Shown: piece after piece, positions 29,412 to 37,300 of the stretch
How positions within the stretch are numbered: position 1 is the first letter of the stretch
Layout of the letters: every line of letters begins with the position of its first letter
Virus record (IMG/VR): IMGVR_UViG_3300014204_013734
Span: 317,281 to 381,280 of that record
Source of the DNA: a virus
Lineage: Duplodnaviria > Caudoviricetes
Length of the DNA: 64,000 nucleotides
Direction: 5' to 3' (one strand)
Made by a program: the position numbers and the translations under genes
The notes under the pieces: generated by a model
The model's database searches: none
What the model saw: the letters and a program-made list of their open reading frames with translations, nothing else
What the model was told of the DNA's origin: nothing

Positions 29412-31050
29412 ACTTCACAAGGCGCTTATTGAATTGGGTGGACGCCTTATCAGGAACACGATATCCTTGGAAGAAATGGCATGGTTGGTATTAACCCCGG
29501 TCATGCGGTTGACGGGAACTACCGTCGGATTTGTGTCCTACATCGACCCGGAAACCAAGGAAAATGTAGGATTCCTGAACGCCCCTGGAATTGCAGCTTG
29601 CGTAGAACAGAACCAAGGCAGAATGGTCTTTCGGTTTCCAACCGGCAAGGACGACCCCTTGTGGGGTTTTAGTCAACCGGATACCCGTACAGGTTTTTTC
29701 ACAAACAAACCCGTCAAGCACCAGATATCTAAAAACATCCCTTCCGTCGTTCGTTTTCCCATTGACAATTTCCTTTCCGTTCCTGTCGTAGCCGGTAGCA
29801 ACCTGTTAGGCCACGTTGCCTTGGCTAATAAAAAAGGCGGCTTTTCAAACGAAGACATCCGAATCGTCAACCTGTTAGGGGAACTTTACGGTTTGGCTTT
29901 AGACCGCAAATTCTACGAACAGGCCTTATTGGATGCCGAACACAAGGCAACGGAAAAGCTGAATCATAGGTTCAGGGCATTCATGGAAGCGACTCCCGAC
30001 CGGTTGCACATCATCTCTTCAGACGGGGTTTTCCTTGAATCCCACCGGGGAGCCCTTCCCTTCGTGGAGAGTGATCCCTCTAAATATATTGGCAAGACCC
30101 TGCATGATTTGTTTCCTGCTGATGCCGACAAGATGCTGGACAAAGTCCGGGAAGCATTGGCCATGGACGGGACACCGATCATTTGGGAATACACAATATC
30201 CCAACTGCCTGATCATGTTTTTGAAGGCCATCTCATCAAATGTGGTCCTGATGAAGTAATGACCGTCATCAGAGAAGTCACCCAAGCGAAACAGTTGCAG
30301 TCCGATCTTGAACGCAAAGTCGAAGAACGGACTTTGGAACTCAGCCTATCCAATCAAGCGTTGCAGTCCTTCGCCTATGCAGCGTCACACGACCTTCGGG
30401 AACCGTTGAACAAGATACGGGCATATGGGGAACGGTTTGAACGTACACACCCCAACCTAGATGAAAAAGGCAAGGAATACATCGGTGTCATGGTCACGGC
30501 GGCCGAACGCCTGGCCCAGTTGGTAGAGGATCTATTGGTATATTCCAAGGCGGGCGGGAAAGATGAAGCATCCCCGGTTAAAATCCCCCTAAACAGGCTT
30601 ATTGAAGAAACCTTGGGGGATCTTGACGAATCCGTCAAGAATTCCGGCGCCATCGTAGAAGTCGGGGATCTTCCAACGGTTGAAGGTCACGCTGGAACCT
30701 TGCGGGCCGTTTTTCAGAACGTCTTGTCAAATGCTCTAAAATTCCATAAAGTGGGACAACCCCCGAAAGTTCTGGTGTCGGGAAGGGTAGACGGTAGTAT
30801 GGCATTCGTGTCTATACAGGACAATGGAATCGGTTTTGATCCGGCATACAAGGAAAAAATCTTCGCTATTTTTAACAGGCTTCACACCCGGTTTGAATAT
30901 CCGGGTACAGGAATAGGGTTGGCCCTTTGTCGAAGGCTGTTGGCCCAATGCGGCGGAACCGTAACGGCGGACGCCAGACCCAATGAAGGAGCTGTTTTCA
31001 CGATCCAAATCCCGCTCAAATTCTCCTCTGCATTTCCAAAAGGAACCTGA
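29377..31050 (+). CDS. cytoplasmic GAF-PAS sensor histidine kinase
   Basis: NFLSVPV..GHVALANK (GAF); PAS-like; ASHDLREPL, NVLSNALKF, DNGIG, GTGIGLA. Confidence 0.93.
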   Translation: MNLTETDRKELELHKALIELGGRLIRNTISLEEMAWLVLTPVMRLTGTTVGFVSYIDPETKENVGFLNAPGIAACVEQNQGRMVFRFPTGKDDPLWGFSQPDTRTGFFTNKPVKHQISKNIPSVVRFPIDNFLSVPVVAGSNLLGHVALANKKGGFSNEDIRIVNLLGELYGLALDRKFYEQALLDAEHKATEKLNHRFRAFMEATPDRLHIISSDGVFLESHRGALPFVESDPSKYIGKTLHDLFPADADKMLDKVREALAMDGTPIIWEYTISQLPDHVFEGHLIKCGPDEVMTVIREVTQAKQLQSDLERKVEERTLELSLSNQALQSFAYAASHDLREPLNKIRAYGERFERTHPNLDEKGKEYIGVMVTAAERLAQLVEDLLVYSKAGGKDEASPVKIPLNRLIEETLGDLDESVKNSGAIVEVGDLPTVEGHAGTLRAVFQNVLSNALKFHKVGQPPKVLVSGRVDGSMAFVSIQDNGIGFDPAYKEKIFAIFNRLHTRFEYPGTGIGLALCRRLLAQCGGTVTADARPNEGAVFTIQIPLKFSSAFPKGT

Positions 31051-31055
31051 AACCC

Positions 31056-31499
31056 ATGCCTGAAACCGCCCCTTTAGTCATTTTCGCTGAAGACGACCTT
31101 GAAGATTGGGACCTCATCAAGGAAGTTCTGGAAGAATGTGAAGAGTGCCGATCCGGCGCCCTCAAATATGAACACGTGGTTGATGGGGTCGCCCTGATGG
31201 AACGGTTGACCAATCCCGTACCTCAAAAACCAGACATGGTGATGCTGGACCTCAAGATGCCAAAGAAAGATGGTGCGGAATCCTTGGAAGAAATCCGGGC
31301 AAATCCGGAACTCAGACACATTCCGGTCATTATTCTGACCACTTCCCGTTTGGAAGCCGACATCTTTGAAGCTTATCACCGCGGGGCAAATTCCTATGTT
31401 GTAAAACCAGTAACGCACGACACCATTAAACAAGCACTCCACGATATTCAGTACTATTGGACTAAAGTAGCCGTTAAGCCATCCAAAAACCATGCCTGA
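31056..31499 (+). CDS. stand-alone receiver domain (Rcp1-like)
   Basis: AEDD, MLDLKMP, LTTS, GANSYVVKP. Confidence 0.93.
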   Translation: MPETAPLVIFAEDDLEDWDLIKEVLEECEECRSGALKYEHVVDGVALMERLTNPVPQKPDMVMLDLKMPKKDGAESLEEIRANPELRHIPVIILTTSRLEADIFEAYHRGANSYVVKPVTHDTIKQALHDIQYYWTKVAVKPSKNHA

Positions 31500-31974
31500 A
31501 ATGAAGGTTCGTGTTGCCGCCCGTTGGGTAGGGAAATCAGCAAAGATTCCCGAAGTGGTATACGTGGCGATCTTTCTCCCACCAATGGAAAGTGCCCGTC
31601 TGGTCAAGAAATTTGGCAAGACACACCCCACTTTTTTAGCCAAACACATGACAATATGGTTTCATGAAGACGGCAGTAAACTTGACTTGGTGAACATGCC
31701 TTTTGGAAAAACGATCCCCTTGAAGATCGTCGGACACGGGGAAAATGACAGGGTCCAAGTAGTTGTAGTGAAACCCCCTGCCGGATTCAAACCCAAAGCA
31801 GGTCGTGTGCCCCACATCACCATGTCCCTCGCCCCTGGAGCATCCGCCAAAGAATCCAATGCTCTGTTAGCCAACCCAGAAAACATTGTCTGGGAACAAG
31901 GGTTACTGACCGTGGAAGGGAAGTTAGGTTGGTGGGATGGGGAAAGAGAACGGTTTGACTCTCCAAACGGGTAA
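31492..31974 (+). CDS. 2H phosphoesterase family protein with RVAARW leader
   Basis: two HxT motifs (KHMTI, PHITMS), SAKESN. Confidence 0.75.
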   Translation: MPEMKVRVAARWVGKSAKIPEVVYVAIFLPPMESARLVKKFGKTHPTFLAKHMTIWFHEDGSKLDLVNMPFGKTIPLKIVGHGENDRVQVVVVKPPAGFKPKAGRVPHITMSLAPGASAKESNALLANPENIVWEQGLLTVEGKLGWWDGERERFDSPNG

Positions 31975-32029
31975 TCTTCCTACAGGGCAATCCGAATCAG
32001 GATTTCCATGAACATATGAGGTTAACAGC

Positions 32030-32686
32030 ATGTTAACAAGGGATCAAGTTAAGGAACGTATCCATTACCAGAAGGAATCCCTCACCAAATGTCGCAAAGA
32101 AATTCCAATCCTTTGCAAGGAAGCCGCTACAGAAAAAAACGTTTTTAAAAGTAGGGAGTTGGAACACGAAGCAGCACTTAAACAAGGCGGAAAAGGGGTT
32201 GTAGGACAAGAACATCGGGAATTTCTTCTTGTTTACGCGTGGATGAGAAACCGTCGTTATCGAACTGTGGAACGACGGACGGCAATTGACAACATAGCTG
32301 ACCGTTTTCTGGCAGAACGTTCCTTGGAAAAACTTGTACAGAGAGTTGTGCGACACCTATCTGTCGATCGCGAAGTTATCTGGTTTTGGATGACTTTTGA
32401 TTTCCCTCCAAAGGATATTCTGGAAGGAAAGGCTTCGTTCATGGTGGCGGAAATCGCGAAGAAAAAGATGGAGGAAGCGGAAAAAGACGTCCAAGAAGCT
32501 GAAAAACATTTGGCTAGAGCCGAAGCACACTTTGTTGCGGAAAAAGCCAGATTGGAAGCCAGTATCGAATGGGCTCAGGAAAACCTGAAAAAAGCAACCG
32601 CTGAAGCAACGTACCGCATCAAGGCTTTCGCTGAAATCAAAGCTGCCGTCGGGAATACAATTCAATCGGGTGTGGTGAAAGGGTAA
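32030..32686 (+). CDS. coiled-coil hypothetical protein (paralog A)
   Basis: REFLLVYAWMRNRRYRTVERRT shared with next gene. Confidence 0.7.
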   Translation: MLTRDQVKERIHYQKESLTKCRKEIPILCKEAATEKNVFKSRELEHEAALKQGGKGVVGQEHREFLLVYAWMRNRRYRTVERRTAIDNIADRFLAERSLEKLVQRVVRHLSVDREVIWFWMTFDFPPKDILEGKASFMVAEIAKKKMEEAEKDVQEAEKHLARAEAHFVAEKARLEASIEWAQENLKKATAEATYRIKAFAEIKAAVGNTIQSGVVKG

Positions 32687-32693
32687 TTTCAGT

Positions 32694-33353
32694 ATGAAAC
32701 CGGAAGAATTGAAGAAAGACATTAAGTCCTTAACCGTGTCCCTCATTGAATACCGCAAGAACATCAGGAAATTGATCCTTGAGGCCCGGCAGGAGGAAAA
32801 GACCGACGCTGATCGGAATATCTTACGCGAACGGGCACAAAAGGCTAAGACCAATAAGGATTACTATGGTAGGAAACAGCGTCATCTTCTTCTGGCCTGT
32901 GCCTGGTTGCGTAATTACCGCTACAGGACCGTAGAAGGACGAACGCTGGCCGACAAGGTAAAGGATCCCTGGGAAGCCCGGATGATACGAGAAAACCTTG
33001 CGGAAGCCGTTTCTAATCTACTCCCTGTTGGAAGACAGGAAGTGCTTACCTGGATGACGGTAGACCTTGAACCTCGGGAAGTTGAACGGAAGCTGTACCT
33101 TGAAGCTTTTGAGAAAGCTGAAAAAGAAGTAGCGGAAACTTCCGGAGAAACAGAATTCGCCCAGTGGTTTTTATGCGAAGTGACTACCTTTGTCAAACAA
33201 TTGGAAAACAAAGGCGAAGAATCTTTCGTTCTGAATTTGGCCAGAAAACAGAAGGAAAAAGCGGCTAAGACATTAGAAAAAACGAAGGCCCTTCTGGCGG
33301 GTAAGCAGAGGGCAAGGGACCGTGCAAAAGAAGTTGTTTTCCGGGTAGATTAG
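32694..33353 (+). CDS. coiled-coil hypothetical protein (paralog B)
   Basis: RHLLLACAWLRNYRYRTVEGRT. Confidence 0.7.
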   Translation: MKPEELKKDIKSLTVSLIEYRKNIRKLILEARQEEKTDADRNILRERAQKAKTNKDYYGRKQRHLLLACAWLRNYRYRTVEGRTLADKVKDPWEARMIRENLAEAVSNLLPVGRQEVLTWMTVDLEPREVERKLYLEAFEKAEKEVAETSGETEFAQWFLCEVTTFVKQLENKGEESFVLNLARKQKEKAAKTLEKTKALLAGKQRARDRAKEVVFRVD

Positions 33354-33688
33354 TTTGGAAGTTGTTCATTGACAATTGTAGTACCCAAGTTAGTTTTACG
33401 TTCCCAAAGAAATTCCAATCTGTAGGGAAAAACGTTTGTTGAAGAATCTTAAAGGAAATCCTTTAGATTCGCGTTTTTTCCATAAAACATCAAAATGATC
33501 GTACAGATTCAGGAATTGGGAACTCTAAGGTTCCCTTCCCACAAAAGAAGTAGGTTCGCGTTCCTAATGATTTCCATAGGTTAGGTAAGATTTTGGGTAA
33601 AAACCGTTACTTAAAAACCAAAGGGTTTTTAGGTTCACGTTTTCATCCCAAAAATCTGAATAATAACATAGGTTTGGAATGGGACCCT
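33354..33688 (+). promoter_or_regulatory. AT-rich CRISPR-leader-like region
   Basis: no ORF; TAG(G/A)TTC(G/A)CGTT at 33464, 33551, 33630; CATAGGTT at 33575, 33667; abuts first repeat. Confidence 0.55.
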
Positions 33689-33878
33689 CTTTAAAGGGGT
33701 CCGAACCCCCTTTACACGTTGAAAGTTCCCCCACCGCCACCTGCCGGACCTTGCCATGCTTTAAAAGGGGATCAGGTCCTCTTTTACACGTTGAAAGAAA
33801 ACACGTTGAACAATGGGCATTCCAGCCTCAGCTTCGGTCCTTTCAAGGGGGATACAATCCCCCTTCACACGTTGAATT
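33689..33878 (+). CRISPR. orphan degenerate CRISPR-like mini-array (3 repeats, 2 spacers)
   Basis: repeats of 37-39 nt at 33689, 33759, 33840 (CTTT[A/C]AA-hairpin-ACACGTTGAA); spacers of 33 and 42 nt. Confidence 0.62.
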
Positions 33879-33910
33879 AAAAGCAACCCATAATTCCAAT
33901 TGTCCCAAAG

Positions 33911-33945
33911 AAGTCCCCTGGTTCAAAACCACGGGGCTTTTTTTT
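33911..33945 (+). terminator. intrinsic terminator after mini-array
   Basis: CCCCTGGTT-caa-AACCAcGGGG hairpin followed by a T8 run. Confidence 0.7.
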
Positions 33946-34006
33946 GGCTATGGTCTTTACCAAAGTGGAGGGGCATCCCTACCTCCCCAACTTAAGGAGT
34001 CTTAAA

Positions 34007-34297
34007 ATGCCTATGCAGGACCGACAAGTAACAATCCTGGACGTAATTGCTGATACCGATGGGGCAGCTTTCCTCGTAGGAAGGAAAGGGAATTCCCATC
34101 TATTTGTCATTACGATCACCGGGGCGGCTACCGTCAAGATACAAGGCCGACAAAAAAGCGGTGCTTGGAAGGATTTGACTTCTACGGCAGCGAATGCCGA
34201 ATTGAACGTTGATGATTACGGTTGGTGGGAATTTAGGGCCGTTTCATCGGCGATGGGAATTCCTGCCACAGCTTCGGTCGTTTGGAGTTGGACCTAA
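34007..34297 (+). CDS. small beta-rich putative virion protein
   Basis: TAAGGAG RBS; precedes fibre gene. Confidence 0.6.
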   Translation: MPMQDRQVTILDVIADTDGAAFLVGRKGNSHLFVITITGAATVKIQGRQKSGAWKDLTSTAANAELNVDDYGWWEFRAVSSAMGIPATASVVWSWT

Positions 34298-34313
34298 GAA
34301 AGGCGTTTTGTAA

Positions 34314-37300
34314 ATGACTGAAATCAAATATCCCCCAAATGAATCGACCCCGACTGCCCACCATACAACCCACGAACCTGGGGGTTTAGACGAAGTGTTT
34401 GGCATCCCTGCCGCACCCCATGCGGCAAGCCACCTAACAGGGGCGGACCTGCTTCCCGACGCTACTGGAGTAGCCCGAGGGCTCATGTCGGCGGCATTTG
34501 CCGGCAAGGTCAATGCCCAGTTTTTCATTGACCCGAATTCCATCCACGTCGACAAAAACCGAACTGATGTTTATACCGAAGATGGAAGCCCAACATTCCC
34601 TTACAAGACCATTCAGGCAGGTGTAACCCACGCAGAAACGACGGCCACTTCTTCTAATCCTGTTATGGTGATGGTTGAACCAGGTAATTATGACGAAAAC
34701 GTGGTCATCCACAAAGACGGGGTCCATCTCCGGGCACGTGGCACTCCTTACGATACAATGATTGTCCCGACGACGGGAAGTGGGTTGACATTCACGAATG
34801 CCACTGCCCTATCTCTTGGCGTCTACAACACATCAGGCAACTATGCAGATTTGGTGAATCAGGGTGATGCGGGGCCAATGACTAACGGTATTTGGGGAAT
34901 TTCCGTGTCTTCTCCTGTTGGGAACGCGTTTCCTCCGATACGACTGCTTGGGGTCAAAGGGGATACGGCGCCGGGGACGACCGGTTTTGCTTTTGGTTTA
35001 TATATGGAGCATTGCGCTTTCGTTACGGCTAATGCCGTTGCGCCTCCCCTCTACATCAGGAATGCCAACACGGTCTTTTTGGATGTTGAATGTTATGTGA
35101 TGGGGACAGCTCCTATCACCATCATCAACGCCAACAAGGTCAATTTGTCTAATTCCCTAATTGTCGGGGATGTGTCTTCAACTTGGGATTCCGCTGATGT
35201 CAATGGGACGCCTTCCCATACAACGAATAAGTATCTGTACGGCATGAATTCCCAGATGAACAACCTCCTCTTGTCGGGGGAAGCCAAAGTTGACGATGCC
35301 TTTTCCTGGGACATCAACCAGGATATGACCCTTTCGGGTACTTCCGTTTGTACTTGCTACGAATGTCTGGTCAGAAACGACCTGACCATCGGGGCAGGCT
35401 GTGCTTTTAACTTCAAGGCATCTGGTGTTTTAGGGGACATAACGATTTCCGCTACCGCAGCAGCGTGTGTGATGGACGGCGGAGATTTGATGGGTATTAC
35501 GACCGATCCGGGTGGCCACCTGACCAGAAACATTACAAAACACCAAACGACCCACGTCACCGGCAATGACCAGATACCGGATGCTTCTGCCATCACCCGG
35601 GGGTTACTGACTCCGGCGCAATTGGCTGTAGTCACGACAATGAACGGGCACCTTCATACCGCAGTTGACGGAACAGGCAAGATTGACCAAGCGAGTAGCC
35701 ATCAATCCCCTGATACAGACGTCGGACCGACTTCACTTCATCATACGTTGGGCACAGGGGCTAACCAAGCCGCTTCTGGAACCCACGATCACACGACCCT
35801 TGTACGGACGGACGGAACCAGGGGAATGATAGCTACGGGGTCTGTTGTTGGGGCTGGGACCGTTTCTACGGTAGGGTCATCCACGACCGTTACCACAACG
35901 GGGAATGCGTTTGCTGCCCTTGCCGAATGGGACACGATCACGGCAAATGGAAAGACCGTTCAGGTTTTCGTGAAGACGGACAACAATACCGTTACGGTTA
36001 GTGAAGCGGTAGATTGGTCTGCGGGTTTTGCCTGGACGTGGAACCAAGCCTTGCACCTTCATTTCTCCCCGGATGCTTCGGATAGAACGGAATGCGGCAT
36101 TCTCTGGAATGACACGACCGGAGCTTCCACGTGGCAACTTTACACGTGGTTCGGGGAAAACGAAGAATTCCTCGGTTTCTACAATGCCAGGGCGATGTTT
36201 GATGTGATCTGTATGACGGAAGCCGGGCGTATTTCTATCAACCGGACATCGGATGCCAATCCGAGAATCCCTACTATTCAAGCCCCGGCGGTTTTTAGCG
36301 TATTCCCGCAACGTTATGCCCATGTCCTTTACACGATGGACAATGCCGCTTTTGCAGACAACACGACGGAAGCGGCTACTTCTGTCGGGACGCCATTCAC
36401 GTTCCTTGACCAAGGGATTGCCGACAGGACAAAGAACTGGACTTATTTGGCAATGTCAAGGAAATGGCAGACCTGCTGGTTGGAATTCACGACTTTTGGG
36501 GAAACCGGTTGGACTACCCATCTTGAATATTGGAAGACGGGTGCTGGTTGGACCCCTATGGTTCTTTCCACTGACGGCACGGCGAATTACACCCAAACGG
36601 GAGCCATCACCTGGGATAAGAAAAATCCTGGTGGGACAGGAGATGATTGGGGACAGACGACGACGGTAGCGGGTTACGGGAACTATTACTGGATCCGCAT
36701 CGGTTCGTTGACGGTTCCTGCCGTTTCCGACGTTCCGAAAACGCAAGCTATTGGCCCGAATGCCATCCCCAGGATTTCCGTTTACCAATCGGCTCTTGAT
36801 TCAACCCCCCGGCTGTTCATCAATCCGCAAGGGCGTATTTCCCTTGGTGGTTCGGAATTGGTAGGAGAATCCCTGCTTCAGTTGGCTACGCCGGTTTCCG
36901 GAACGATTGTTCCTGCGGAAGCGGAAGCCTTGGCGGCGTTCTATTCCGACGACCCTACCAGAAATGCCGTCATTCTGCAATTGTCCGATGCGTCATCTGC
37001 CTATCCCGTGTTGGGATTAGCCAATTCAAGGGGTTCCTTGACGGCCCCAGCGGCATTGGCGGATGGGGATCGCATTGGGGGTTTGGAATTTTTCGGCAGG
37101 ACGGACGCTTGGACGGAAACTTGTGAAATCAACGGGGAAGTGGACGGAACCCCCGGTTCGGGGGATGATCTTCCTTCCCGTTTGGTTTTCAAGACGACCC
37201 CTTCGGGGGGTGGCAGTCTGGTTGAACAATTCCGCATCTCTTCTACGGGTTTGGTTTCCACGGCTGGGACGATGCAAGCGGCCATTTTCCAAGGGGGGTC

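Noticed and set aside
29377-31050. Bacteriophytochrome
   Set aside because: The kinase core is similar, but there is no PAS-GAF-PHY order and no DIP or PRxSF motif
33911-33940. Hairpin resembling an IS200/IS605 end
   Set aside because: No tnpA, tnpB or iscB nearby; the T-tract fits a terminator better
33679-34005. 108-aa ORF with repeated HVE
   Set aside because: It is a translation of the DNA repeats, has no RBS and runs through the terminator
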